From Phoronis australis (lineage: Eukaryota; Animalia; Phoronida): 64,000 bases of DNA. Location of the stretch: assembly GCA_002633005.1 (NCBI GenBank), contig NMRA01000047.1, forward strand, positions 374,913 to 438,912, written 5' to 3'. How positions within the stretch are numbered: position 1 is the first letter of the stretch; every line of letters begins with the position of its first letter. Made by a program: the position numbers and the translations under genes. The notes under the pieces are model-generated. The model did no database searches and was not told where the DNA came from. It worked only from the letters and a program-made list of their open reading frames with translations. This document shows, one piece after another, positions 38,701 through 52,400 of the stretch.

Positions 38701-40880
38701 GTTGAAATTTGTATGAGTTTAATTTGACATTATTGCACCTAGCTGCTAATTATTTATGGAGTTGAGCAGTCTGCATTGAAATAGTATTAGTCACAGTTTT
38801 GTGTGCTGAAGTTTTGTCAAATTTCGAAGCTGCAGTTTGCTAAATGAAAACTCGTGTTAGTAGAAATTCTCTTGCTTTATTATTATTTTCATGTATAAGA
38901 AATGATTATGACATGCAAAGCAAGTGAAAATATAGCCAGCCAGCTAGCTGTATTGTCAAAATACAGCTAAGTGTCAACTGTGTGTTTATCTTTGACAGAT
39001 GTTGAAATTGCACAGAGCATGGGTTGTTCTGCTCATCACCGCCCCGTGAAACTTGTATCAAAATGTAGAGCTAAAAACTGGTGGGGGTGCAGGCAAAATC
39101 TGGGAGTCAATCGACAATCACCTTGTCCATTTCAACCATTTAAGTAGAAAACAATCTAATATTACATCATTTTATTGCATAATTCTCCGCCTTTTGTCAA
39201 AGAAAAGTATGTCGTCTTTTTGAAAACAATACACTCATGACATGCGCACGTGCCATTTCCTAAATTTTTGTGACATCTCTCTGGAGATGATAACAGCTTT
39301 GTTCTGAATTTAGTTTGCTGTGATCAAAATTCTAAAAACTTACTATGAAGAGAAACCTGTTCCGATAATTTGTACTGACGAGTACGCAATCTCGTAAAAG
39401 AACAACAGTTGATTGAAGAAATTGGCAAAACAAGAAGCTGGCCAATAAGTGACGTGATATTTCATGGCACCCAAAGCCGACGCAAAAGATCGCACCACAA
39501 TTTTAGCAGCAGAAAACTGTAGAATGCAAATTTTTCCAACAACAGTAAATAATTTAGTTTACTCAAGGAAGAGTGTAGTTCTTAATGAGACTAAATTTGT
39601 GTCAAATTTTATCAGGTCAGTTTTTCGCCCACATTGGTGCATAGCTGTATATTCAGTATACAGCTCTGTACCAGGGCTATTGAAAGTAATGATGCCGAAC
39701 TTTAAGTGTTGCTCTGATAAATAGAAATCAAAATTAAGACATGAAAACACAGCAGCCAGTTTGAAGCATGTTGACTAAAGAGAACGGTAAGTCAGTATTA
39801 ATCATTTTCACGGTACTACAATTTAGGAGTCATGCCCACAAGGCACATTACAGGTTACAAACTTTTGTGCCACCGCTCCAATTACTGAATTAGCACTGAT
39901 CAGCAGCTTTGGCTCATGCTTGAGTAAGACTAGACAGTGCCACTGTTGTTTAGATAAGCAGTAGAGACAGTGATGCTGCTATATAGGGCCTTCATATGAC
40001 GAAGCTTATCGGCGAATTATGCCTCACAGTTATTTAACGATCAAAGTCACGTTGCATGATGTCATATGCCGTGGTGCGAGCAGTGTAAAAATGGCCAGTT
40101 CCCGATTTTGGCAACTGAAGGACTGCTCGAAAAAAAATTAATTACTGAAGTATTTGTTCGAATTGGAAGGAAGGTGTCCCTCTATGTGCAAAAGGTACTA
40201 ATAGGAAGGTGATTTGTAATCAGTGTGAGGCATTATTTTCCAAAAAGCTTCCAGTGTAAGAAGGCCCAATAGGGGTATTCAGTGACCACAGTCTCTACTT
40301 GAACTACAGACTGTAAAGCTCCTATACGCACTTCATACGCCGAAAGCTTTTCGGCGAATTATGCCTCACACTGATTAAAGAATCAAAGACACATTGTTAT
40401 TTATAGTGCCTTTTGGCTTTTGCACATAGAGGGACACAATAGGAGACCGTGGATATCTTTAGTTCCTTCCAACTAGAAAAAATACTCCTGTGCTCAAATC
40501 GGCAACTGGCCATTTTAACACTGCCCATGGCAGGTGGTGTGACGTGATATCACCCTGGCGTGCGCTGGGTAAACATGGCCAGTTTCCGATTTTGGGATCT
40601 GAATTCTGAACGAAAGACTGCTCGAAGAAAAAGTTTGATAGCAGTTTTTACAAGATTAACAGAGGCTCATATAATTTGCTGGAAGCACATCTACAATAGA
40701 GGAAAGAATTTTCAAAAAATTTGGGTACGGTGAATTTGAAGCAGAGTCGTGAGAAATCAGAAACGTGCACCATACCTCACCCGTGTGTGTTCGTTCGTGG
40801 TGGAGAAGTCGAGAAGGCTTGGAAAACATCGACGAGCACCCGGGAAAGGAGCAGATATACAGGCGGTTGTCTTGTTCCAT
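32767..40880 (-). CDS. GTF3A: Transcription factor IIIA (5S rRNA gene factor), nine C2H2 fingers, about 442 aa, 8 exons
   Basis: Exons (minus): 40880-40776, 38183-38062, 37447-37360, 36795-36633, 35476-35390, 34982-34765, 33675-33622, 33258-32767; GT-AG, phases compatible, 1329 nt. Nine tandem fingers, most of type CxxxGC. TFIIIA hallmarks: HTGE|RP after finger 1, FKKHxxxxxH in finger 4, KW in finger 6, NLxxHVKSYH in finger 8, HDP after finger 9, then a basic KKPKK stretch. Confidence 0.92.
36890..37140 (-). repeat. Fragment of the HINE core repeat in reverse orientation (GTF3A intron 3)
   Basis: GCCATGGGCGCAAAAAAACTGCCACTAGGAGGCGCCACAGTAGTC is nearly the reverse complement of the units at 49963-50010 and 52605-52650. 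Confidence 0.7.
39330..39660. repeat. Dispersed repeat, copy 2 (GTF3A intron 1)
   Basis: Colinear with 22975-23340. Confidence 0.8.
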
Positions 40881-41680
40881 CTCTTAAAATTTCTAGTAAT
40901 CGTTATATATCTAACTTCAGAGACAAATTTGGGCACAACTTACGGGTACATTTTAGGAAAAACTGACTAAGATATTTCTTATGGAAACTCATGCTTGTCA
41001 GCGGAAGTTCAAATCTAGCTGATTGCGACCCCTGTTGCCCAAGAACGGAGACTACTTTCGTAAATGTTGTGGTTTGTTGCAATCGTTTACCGCCTAACCC
41101 GTGTAACATCTGTTGTCGAAGCTAACTGGGCAGTGATTCGAACCATCCTGTAATTGCTGCATGGATCATGTCATGTGTAAGTTTTGTCTGAGGTAAGCGC
41201 TTAATCTTAGGTCCCCTGTTCTCTCAGACATGTCACTGAGTTAGTTCTTCTCTTCATCCACTGATCCAGGCCCCTGTCAGGGTCAGTGCCTCACACCCGC
41301 GTTACGGCCGCACGACCAATTTGCGTTAAGATTTCTTTCAATTTCTCTCAGTTAACTCGATTAACTTTCATGAAGTCGAGATTTAAAGGCTGTAACGATT
41401 GAGAAACGCTAATCAATGTCTTTACGATGTCATATACTTCGATGTCATTGTCTTCGCACAAGAAATTTACTCGGTTACCCATTTTTACAGATCACGTGCC
41501 TGCAATTTAAACGCTTGATTACCCGCTTGGTGACGCCACGCTCTGGGCAAGCAGTCTACATGTATGGTATGTAAACAAAGATAGTGAGCTGTCATGTGAC
41601 ATGTACTATCTGGCATGAATATAGGACAAGGAGGTCTGGACTTCAAACGCCATATATTATATCACAGGTGAGTGTATGTG
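40881..41680. promoter_or_regulatory. Probable bidirectional promoter (GTF3A / OCA2-like) with M-box/CLEAR-type E-boxes and a putative non-coding first-exon donor
   Basis: CpG-richer segment directly upstream of the GTF3A ATG. GTCATGTG at 41170, TCACGTG at 41492, GTCATGTGAC at 41591; strong + strand donor CAG|GTGAGT at 41667/41668. Confidence 0.5.
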
Positions 41681-41998
41681 ATCGGACATTTTCTTGCAAA
41701 ACTTCCTGTTTTTTAGTGACTTTGTAAAAAGTGAATCTCCAATTTCTGACAAATCTGCTCTTTGGTGGACTTGTACTTTCAGAATTTTGTAAAACTATAA
41801 GGTGTAGTTTACTGGTTCCTAGTTTGAAGAGAAAGTAGAGGATCCAACTACAGTTAGTTCAATAATGCAACTTTGGTTAGATCGTTGACAAATGAGCTTT
41901 ATTTAAACAGTCCTGGAGAAACTCATCAAACAGTAACTTATTTTAAGGCATAGTTATGATGCAATCATTGGTACTTAACAGATAAACAATTATGTTAA

Positions 41999-42520
41999 GG
42001 TTGTATGGGCCCTATGTGTGTATTGAGCCTAATATCCGTCAACAAAACTAGGTTTTAATAATGTAAAAGCAAATATTTTCTAAAAAAGGAAAGACTATGG
42101 GATAACATTTCATTTTTGGCTTTTTAACTGTCCGTAATTAATTAAGTCATGTAACCTTGTCTTTGTGGTAAAATTTAGCAAAAAGAAAGGTACACAAATA
42201 GCAAAACATATGGGTTTCAGTAACGTGACCAAATTTTATTTGATACAAGTGTTCAGTTTTCTAGATGGTGAAATCCTAAACAGGCTGTTACAGCTTTTTA
42301 AAGTGCCATTTTGCTTTCTTTTCATAAAGCCCTATTTATGATAGTCCCTCATGCAAAAGTGGAACATTTTAAAATAATTCCTAACAGCATTATGGAGAAC
42401 ACTGACTGCACAAAGTACACTATCTGAAAGTTTCATATGAATCCAAACAGCCATTTTTGAGTTATGAAGTTCTAAAGTTAACCAAATTTCAACGTTTTTT
42501 AAGGGTTTTACATAATCGTT
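41999..42520. mobile_element. AT-rich Kolobok-like non-autonomous remnant
   Basis: Starts TTAA|GGTTGTATGG; shares GACCAAATTTTATTTGATAC...AGATGGTGAAATC and GCAAAAGT.GAACATTTT...TATCTGAAAG blocks with 62760-63250. Confidence 0.45.
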
Positions 42521-42861
42521 ATAGTATTTGGAGAAAAAGTCAGTGTGTAGTATTTTAACTTCTTGGAATAATTGGCAAATAATTGGTTTTCATATCAAAT
42601 GATTGGTGTTTTATTTAATAATATGAAAAAATAATGCTCATTTACTTTGTTCATTTGGAATGATGAAATATGAAATACTTAAAGTTTGTTGTCAGCTGAA
42701 ATATGACGTTATCTTACGGTCATCAACTGGCGGTGTTTAAACACCTGTGATCACAAGGTTAACAAAGTCCGTTGTACTCTTTTGAAACTGATAAATATGT
42801 AATACCATAGGAATTTTCTCACATCATGTGACCTAATGATTATAAATCTGAAAAGATTTCT

Positions 42862-42938
42862 GCCCCCCGACTGGGACTCGAACCCAAAACCTACTGCTAA
42901 CCATGCAGACGCTCTAACCCATGAGCCATCAGGACCAC
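42862..42938 (-). mobile_element. tRNA-derived SINE head / tRNA-like sequence
   Basis: Minus strand GGTCCTGATGGCTCATGGGTTAGAGCGTCTGCATGGTTAGCAGTAGGTTTTGGGTTCGAGTCCCAGTCGGGG: A box TGGCTCATGGG and B box GGTTCGAGTCC; acceptor and anticodon stems imperfect. Confidence 0.6.
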
Positions 42939-45900
42939 CAGTCAAACACAGAAATCCAATGAGACGTGGTAATGGTAATCTTACCCAATGATCCCTTGAA
43001 AAAATATTAAAAGTCTTTGAAATATGAAAGAAATCAACTCTCATGGGAGTTATCTTTGTCTGAATCGGGTAAGATTTTGCTGAGTTATAGTTTAAATGGA
43101 GCATCCCTTTTACCTTTTTGTGAGCGCAATGTAAATATTGAGTTAACCTATGCTTCAGATAAGGTCAGGTTTACAGTTTCTGCTTTTTTGTCCTGTATTT
43201 TGACCTCTGGGCTTGCACATGTGTTGGAATGAGCTGTCAATCTTGTTGTGGTCTTTATCTTTATTAGGAAAAAAGGTTGCCTTTAGAAAGCGAATGAATT
43301 TGAATTTATTTTGCTGTATAATCCTAAGTAGAGGTTATTCAATGTCAACTAGCTGAGATTGAGTGAAATATTGAGACATATTGTCTGAGAGTTTCTAATT
43401 ATCCTTAGGACTCACCAACATCTTTGTAAACTCTGCAGTCTGGTATTTGAGATGAAGAAGTTTTGATTTTCAACTCTCAGATTTAAAAATGTTTGAAATG
43501 CCAGTTGACATGATTGGAATTTGTGAAGGAGATCTAGATGTTACAAAGCTTTATCAGGAATAAATTCAAAAGGTTAAGGAAGTTTTAGTGTAATATATTG
43601 GCTTCATTGGACTAAAATATTGACATTTGTTTTTTCAATTTCCCTGTTCAGATGAGCCATGCGAGGGAGAGAGAGTGATACAAAATGTTTGGGTTTACAT
43701 TGGTATTAAATCCTTCATTGTTGACCTTATATTTGTCCGATTCTAAATTATTTGAATAAATCTTTTTGCAGAAGAACAATAAAATTCTTTTCACATTACT
43801 ATAAAAAGTTGGGGGTTTACTATTAGGCATTGCTTATATTTAATATTGTTAGAAAAGTTGTAGACTATAATATTGAGCCATGGAACATTTTTCAGTTAAG
43901 TAGATGGGTATTGTTGCACATTCAAAATGCAGTAACTGGGAAACAGGAAAAAGAATACATACCTGAGACAATATGAAGTGACTGATAAATAATTGTACCT
44001 TAGACACTAGAGAGCTCTCATTAACCAAAGTGTTACACATTCATGCACCCAACTTAGGAGCTTCCCCAAATGTACATGTGTGCCTACTGTAAACACTGGT
44101 GTAGCTAGGATGATTATCGCCACCCAAGGCAGAAGACAATGTTGCGATCCCCAGTCTGTCATCACTTGTGCTGCTTCTCTGGGGTCATTTTTGACAACAT
44201 TATCTTTCCTTTTATAAAGTGTCAGGCTTAGTGGAATAAAAATTTTGTTGTCCAGTAATCCATATGAAAAGGTTGTTGTTAGGTTTATGGGGAATCAAAC
44301 CCTAGTGCTTCTGGAAAAAATCATGACGGCGACATCCCGTTGCTCCCAACTTGTTCGATTCTATAGCCCAACAACAAGTTGGGAAGTTTACCCCCTTTGC
44401 CAATATCTTACTAGACTGATTAACTCCATTCTGGCATTTATGGCTGGAGGACCTGTGCTCTTTTCGTTCGATAATTGCTCTAATCTCCGATCAGATCGTA
44501 TCTAGCCTCCTGGGCTGGGCTGATAAAAATGAAAGTTAAGTTATAACATATTTGAGCTTAAACCAATAGCATTTCTTAATTCCTCGTCAAATGCTGATCA
44601 TGTTCCATTTTTGAATCACCAAAATTGCCCAACTACAACAGAAGTTAAGACAATCTATTCTGTCCAAACGGATTACCAACGCACTGGGTTTGACTGTGTT
44701 CATAGGCGTTCAGTAATAGCGTGCCTGCTTGTTATCATACGAGACAAAAGACTGAGCTGGGCAGTTAACAAAAGAGCCAGATGTTATGGCACGTTCAGCA
44801 CCCCTCACGTCTGGAAAAGTTACTGAACGACAGAGCGCTGTAATGTTTCAAAAAGGTGACTTTGTCTTGGAGGCTTGCTACAAAAGGGTTCTTTTTTCAA
44901 GTTTGTTCTCAAAATGGTTGGATATCCTAATTTTCTGGTTACACCCCTCCCCCTCCAAGCCAAAAATATAGTTGTGTAACCCACAAGAAGGCATTCATGA
45001 ACATCTTTGACCTTGAGAAGTACAGGCTGATTCAACCAGCCTTGACCTGAACAAGTGTTACACAATGAATACTGGGTGACACTGTATTTAGGCTGCTTAC
45101 TTTCAATGGCACCCATGAGCAGGGATAAGAAAGGCTTTTGTTCATTGCTGCATTAACCAGTTTATTGAAGAGAGTTCCAGTATGTTTTTGACATCAAATT
45201 TCACTTAAAAACTACTGCAGTGAAGTGAAAACTTTTTAACTGCTGGTGAAAACGACTTCTTCATATAGTGCTTACATGGCTAAAACGAGAATATTTCCGC
45301 TTACAAAAACGCTAGTAATGTAGGCAGTTACAAGTGTCCTTTTGGTGGCTCTTTGCGGGTGGTTATCTCAAAACAGCTGACCTTTTTGTCAAACCCTTTT
45401 GTAGCCACATTCTTCATATCAAAGCATGGGCATACACAGAGGTAAGAAGCCTTTGTTTACCCTTGCATTATCAATTTACTGTAGTTAGTGTAAGCATGCA
45501 TGCTTTGACATCAATTTTCACTTCAAAAGCAGATTTTGGTGATAAAGAAAGTACCTAAATGCCCATCTGTGTCTTGTGATAATTTTCTTAAGTATTTTAG
45601 CCACTGAACAACTGCAGTGAAAAACTGCAAGGATTATTTCCGCTACTCATCATGTGACCTTAAGTATTTGTGTACTAAATTTGTATATAGGATTTTCAAA
45701 TGACAGTTTGTGGCAAGATTTTCATAGTGACTTTGTTCTAATGTTTGAGTAACCTCTGAACCTACTTTGGATACTTAACAAAACATGATCTGCAGTTTAG
45801 TGTTTGCTACCTGTTGACAGCTGTTGGGTGACTCTCTTCTCTTATTGTCTGCTTTCATCTGATGTTCAGGTAATCCAGCAATTTTGTTGTAAGCAGTGCT

Positions 45901-46807
45901 CCTGAGGCTAACCGATATTTAAAAATATTATTTTCAAACGGCTTCCAACAAATGTCAGAAGCAGATATGTTTTGTATGAAATACTTTCACCAGAAACTTT
46001 GAATGGAGAAAAATAGTTGACTTTCAGAGAAATTATTCTTAACTTTCACATGTTTGATTCCTGACCAGCTTAACCACAGTATTGTGTACCAACACAAAAG
46101 GCGTGCTTGACAAGCTTTATCCAGCATGATTCTAGATTAGATGGTGATACCATTGTGGAAATTTCTTGATTTTTACTCTCCAGGAGAAAGATATGTAGCA
46201 ATGAATCTTAATATGGCTGACGGGATTTACAAGATACTTTAATTAGATATTATGTTTTATGTACTGTCCTCGTAATCACTGTTAGGATTTGTTTATAGAA
46301 TGTTCCACTTTTACAAGAGGACCTATCAAACATGGGATTTGTATGATTTTTTTGAAACAAAAACTACAATTGCACAAAAAATGCAAATTGAGAAAACTTA
46401 CAGCAGCATTTTTGAGATTTTATATTGAACATTTATCCCATATGATATTTGGTCAATGTTATTGATCTTATTGTTATGCTAGGAATGTAACTTTCTTTTC
46501 TTAATTAATTACCTTTTCTAAAAAGTATGGTCATGTGAGTGTATTGGTGGCAAACTGGTGTAATGAAGTCAACAATCAAATTCTATGGGATTTCTGCTTT
46601 CAGAAAATAATACTTTTTCTGAGTTATATTCTACAATTTTGTGATATTTTGCCAATTGTACACACTTGGCAATAAGTCCTACATGATCTTAACACAAAGC
46701 CAGGTTTTCATAGTTCTAAATGTATTTCTGATTTCAGTCATAAACAATAATTCTTTTTCACTGTCTGTGCAACAAACTGCCAGTTAAAACTATGGGTGTT
46801 TATACTA

Positions 46808-48535
46808 CCGTAATCGTTCGGGTTAACGCCCTGGGCGGTTAAATTGGCGAACCCAAAAAATCGGGGGTGGGCGGTTAACCAGACATGGGCGCTTAAACGT
46901 GAAATTTCAAGAAATCGGGGGGGGGGCGGTTAACTGAACATGGGCGCTTATTACGACCGGCAACCGCCCTGGGCGGTTAATCTTACCTTATGATCTGAGT
47001 CACCACACGTACTAAGCCACATACTGGGATCGCCTAACACTTTGAAAAGAACTTTATCGCCACCAAGTGCGTACTCTGCGCACTCTAATTAACAAATAGT
47101 TTCGAAAATGTAGAGTGTGGTCAAACTCCGAACGCTTGCATAGAAAGTTTGCTACATAATATGGCGCCTCAGGTGAGACCGATTATTGCGAATTATGCTC
47201 ATTATTTCACTATACTTCGCAGACGTTGAACATGTTCACCTGCGTAGCAGACGGTAGCTGTGCTGTCGTTTTAACCCAGTTGTGGTCACGTGCTGACCCA
47301 TTTTTCCTGTGATCAGTGCACTCCCATAATAAACAACTTAACTGACGGTCACGTAGACAAGGACTACCAGCAGTTCCGAATTTCAGTTCAAAATCATTTC
47401 GAGATAACAGAATGTACTCCTGGTCTGAATGGTCAAAAAGCATAAAAATGTATAATCAATCACGAAATCGGGTTCAACTATTCAGCTGCCATGCACTGTC
47501 GATTCGCCTGTTTATGTTGCCGGTATGTGGAGTTGACATGTACGGTACTCTGGCCTTTCAATGGCTAAATACAATAACAAACTTTTTGTTAACAAACTCT
47601 ACATTCAAAAAATTGCCACCAAGTTACATTGCAAAACACAAACACGAGTTTCTGTCTACACTCGCGTTTTTACTGGTCGACTTAGCAAACAAGAAGTCGG
47701 CCGATTCCAGTGTCGACCTTGAACAACCGTCGTTGCGGTTTTCGTTTCGACTGCGAGACGCAGCTTTTGTTAGCAAATGAAACCATCTATTCTCGGTAAA
47801 AATAATTCTTAGACGAAGCCTTAATTGTTCGGGTAAGTAACCCCGGTTTACTATATGCGACGAAATTACCGTGACGAGAGTACTCGAAAGACGGGGATCT
47901 CGATAACCCGGCAATTACACTCACCAAAATATAAAGAATTTATCAACTTTTCGCGGTTTATGGGAATTCTTCAAAATCCCGAGAGCTTACAACCTAAAGC
48001 GCATTGAGAGGGTTGGCAAAAGCAATGTCACATTTCTCTGACCTGGTTATTTCGAATGCATCTTTTATATAGTGCACTGTAGTCGATAACTCAGTGCGGC
48101 AGAGATTGTGGCTGAAAGTGGAGGTGTAGACGCCAGCGCGGTTCCTAAAGTTTGCGAACATGAGAAGAAAAGAAAGTGACAAAGTGTTCAAGTATTACAT
48201 TTTGAAGTTAATCGATGACCCGTTACAATAATTTGTTACTGGTATCATAATTCACATTGCTAAACCGCGGTCTCTGAGGCCGTCGTTGCACTCAATGTTA
48301 TCATCGATCTTAATCTAAAAGGTCGGGGATTCGCGTTTCCTATTAGCACAGGGCGGTAATCACCAATCGGCAAAAGTAGGGGATGGGCGGTTAACCGAGC
48401 AGTGGGCGGTTAATTGGAAATCTTCAAAAATAGCAGGGGGGCGGTTAACCGAGCAGTGGGCGGTTAAATCGAAATTCACCTAAAGTAGGGGGTGGGCGGT
48501 TAACTGAGCATGGGCGTTAACCCGAACGATTACGG
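46808..48535. mobile_element. Non-autonomous pogo/Tigger-like element (about 1.73 kb)
   Basis: Perfect 24-bp TIR CCGTAATCGTTCGGGTTAACGCCC ... GGGCGTTAACCCGAACGATTACGG with TA on both sides; subterminal GGGCGGTTAA arrays at both ends; no transposase ORF. Confidence 0.9.
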
Positions 48536-49476
48536 TACAACTGGTTAGAGACTGTGACTCTATGGGGAAGAAATATATTTGCTTAATGTTAGTTTCAAGT
48601 CGGAAAAAAATCATATTTAAGGGCAATTCCATTTGTGATGGACGTGCAATCTGAGAACATTTTGATCAATAGTGAAAAAGTGTTCACCCTAGGAAAATAA
48701 TTAATACATCAATTGATAGGTCTCACGGATAGCTTTCAAACCATATATCAACTTTCCCCCTATCTTTTAATCTGACTGAGAAAATTGTCTTTAATGGGGT
48801 GTGACGGACGTACGCAGAGAATTTGAATTTTTAAAAAAAATTTTTAACGTTAATTTTCTGTGAGTTGCAATAAGTTACATTTTTATGTTTTACATGATGA
48901 TTTAGTGGAATGTTTACAAAGTACAACACACTAATTTTTTTGGTGATATCTGCTAAGAAATTTATGTCAGAGAGCTCGGCATAAGTTGAGTTACTGTGAC
49001 GGACGTACGTGATGGACGTACGCTCTGAATTTTTAGTATTAAATTAATTGTTGTGACTAAGATATCAATTCAGAATGATTCAAACTTTTGCAGTATTTAA
49101 CCTATATTGGTCTTTTGCTACTAATTCAATGTTTTTTAATTAAAATGTACCGATTGACCTTTTGCACGAAATCACAGGTAGGGCTACACTAGGAATATAC
49201 ACTAGGAATTTAACTTTTCAATACATTTGATTAAAGATATAAAACAATCACCTAAAATCTTCACTTCCTTTTGAAGAGGGTAAGTATTATTGGTTGGATT
49301 GAGAGTGATAATCATTTTGTATTTGACAGCTGTTAGTTATCAGGAAAATCTGTTTTTAAGCGATAAATAGAACACTAATTCAAAACTAGTAAGTAAATAT
49401 GACTGTCAAAATATTATATGTGACAAAGTTTGAAACATTACTAATCACTGTCATAAAAATGCATTTTAATTAATTG

Positions 49477-52400
49477 TTATGCGCCCACATATTTTTATGT
49501 GGACGCATTATGCCATCATCTCTGTTCGTCCGTCCGGGCAGCGTCTGTCCGGCGTCCGCTGCTTTATCTCCAAAACCCTTTGACATACGTTCATGAAATT
49601 TGGCACATATGTTCCATTGATGAATGGGACGGCGGTGCGAACTTTCGGACGGATCCGACTACCGGTGTGCCCCCTAGTGGCACTTTTAGTTTTTTACGCT
49701 TACCTTTGTATCTTCAAAAGTCCTGAACGGATTTTCATGAAATTTGGTATGTAGGCACCTATTAGTGAGATGACGCTATCCTCCCATTTTCAGATGGATT
49801 CGACGTAGTTTACGCCACCTAGTGGCCATTTTTAGTGTTTTCGAGTCTGTTTTTGTGCGTCCACCCCTCTATCAACCAAACCGCTCAAACGATGATTGTG
49901 AAAATTGGCATGTATATGCTTACTATGTAGAGAACGGTTGACGATAATTTTCCGACGATTTCGACTACTGTGGCGCCTCCTTGTGGCAGTTTTTTTTTTG
50001 CGCCTATGGCTGTATCTCCTAAACCATTCGCAGGAACTTTACGAAATTGTGTAAGTATATTTATATGATGTTAACAACGGAAGATGACGACTTTTGGATG
50101 AATCCGACTACCGGTGTGCCCCCTAGTGGCAATTTTATTTTTATGCTTACCTTTGTATCTTCAAAAGTCCTGAACGGATTTTGATGAAATTTGGTATGTT
50201 AGCACCTATTAGTGAGATGACGCTTTTCTCCCGTTTTCAGATGGATTCGACATAGTTTGCGACACCCAGTGGCCATTTTTACTGTTTTTGAGTCTGTTTT
50301 TTGGCATCCACCCCTCTATCCAGGGCTCGACATAACGAGCTGCAGGTCGCATCCGCGACCTGAAATTTGGAAATGCGAGCTGAGATTTTTGTCAGCTCGT
50401 ATCAAGTCGCAAAATGCGACCTGGAATTTCCAACGAATGCGAGCTGAGTTTTTACACTTCTCAACAGATGCCTGGCAAATACAAAGCAGCACTTGTTAAT
50501 CCGATCGTTATTTGGTTGTTGCCAAGTCCAAGTTCAAAAGAACACTAACCGAGAACAGCCCTCCCGATGACTTGTAAGCAAGTCGCGTGAACATGGGATA
50601 TGCAGAATCGATCTTTGACGCGTTTCATTGGCTAACACTTTCGGCCACTTTTGTAAATTTCCGGATTCGCCGAAGAAAGTTTCGGGCCACTGCTTAACAC
50701 GTGATAAAACTTCACAAAACAACGGTGTTTCTACTAATTCTTAAGCGATCAACTTACCAAACATTGTGGTGGACAAAAATGTTTATTTTTAACATAAGAT
50801 GTCCTTATTACATGTACTAAATATCCACGACAATATCCCTGATATCGCACTGCGGCACCGTTAGCGCGCAAGCGGTCCCGGCAGACAATCGTGACTTAGA
50901 CTGAGATGTGCTTCTCCTTTTTATCGTATTAAGACAGCCAAAGAGAAAATGACAACCTTATTAATCCCCAAACGACGGTCACGTCTTTACTTTCAGTTGC
51001 CAAGAAATTCTCAAACCCTTTAGTTGTTTCTGGGGCTACGTACGCGAAATATGATTTGTATTTCACCGTTGTTGCCAACGTAAAGTGTAGGCCTACTCCA
51101 GCGATTCAAGTGCGTGAACTTACGTGTGCGCACCACTTCAAAGAACAGCGACAGTCCTAAATGAAAGAGTATACCGGCTTGGCTCTAGTTTATTTGAAAA
51201 TGAACTCAGATTCCCAGCGGTTATAAAAGACCCGATGTCCCGGTACAGATATAACCCAGAACTGACGTTTTCCTGTTCCGATTTTTCCCGAGGTCGATGT
51301 TCTGTAAACCCTGTATTCTATGCCCGTAGCCAGCTATTGCGTCTAAACTGGCACTAGATGCGAAATTGTGGTTCAAGTTAGCGAACTTTTCATTCTTCTC
51401 TTTATACACCCCCCCCCCCCGCAACTTTTCGCTCCCCGAACCACCGTCGCCGTAAAATGTTCAGACTCCTATAGAAACAACCTTGTTCCGGCTGAAGCGG
51501 GCAGTTAAAAACAAAATCATTCCGGGTGGCTAAAAAGGGTACAATGTAGGTGGTAACGATATCCAGAAAGTCACCCCTACTAGATGGAGTTTGCCTCGCA
51601 AAATCGTATTATTATAACGTTTCTTACCATTGCAGCGTTTTAATATCTTATTACCGCAAACACTGAGGTTAACGACTATGCTCACGCACAAGCCTACTCC
51701 CTACCTTTAAAGTGTTTCATAATAAGCGCTCACTGATCTATTAAAAGTCCCCCCTTAAATTTTGAGAATTTCCAATTAAGCGCCCACAGTTCAAGCTAGC
51801 GCCCATCATAGCACACTACAAACGACCGTATGTGGTTTAAAATTGACACGCAGCTTATATGGTGTGTCACTTTCATTTTACACAACTTCAGTTTTCAAAA
51901 ACGTCTTTTCACAATATGTAAAAACCAAATCCCGGCTTTGTTTTATACCTCGGAAAGAAAGTTAACACTAGTGACATGCGTGTCGTTTTGTGACTGACCT
52001 ATTTTTCCCGTACTTGGAAGGTATTGAGGAGCAAACTCGCCATTACCCGAGTTAGTTTGAATCGTTAACGACTTTGATGACAGCCAGTAGCAGGCCAGAT
52101 CTAACAAAATCCCGGATACTTTTTCAACGGGCATTTTCTCCCTTTTCACATCGCAAATTTAGCTACTCGAATGCACAAGTCAGTTAGAGAGCACTGATTC
52201 AACTTTCACGTCGGCAACTTGCCTTGCGCTCTAGAGTCTTTCAATGGCGGTCGTGAAGAACAGTAAGGCCGTACCTGCATGAATGAAGTCAATTTTGAGA
52301 TCCGAAATTTGTGAGTATTTAACGCTGCAGGTAAGAGCATAATCTAAACATTTTCTCGATGATCTAAAAAATCTATTTTGGCGCGTAAAAATGGCGGGAA

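Noticed and set aside
42862-42938. Functional tRNA gene
   Set aside because: Cloverleaf stems do not pair properly; better read as a SINE or tRNA-derived repeat.
47210-48191. ORFs inside the pogo-like element as a transposase
   Set aside because: No HTH or DDE motifs; short and on mixed strands.
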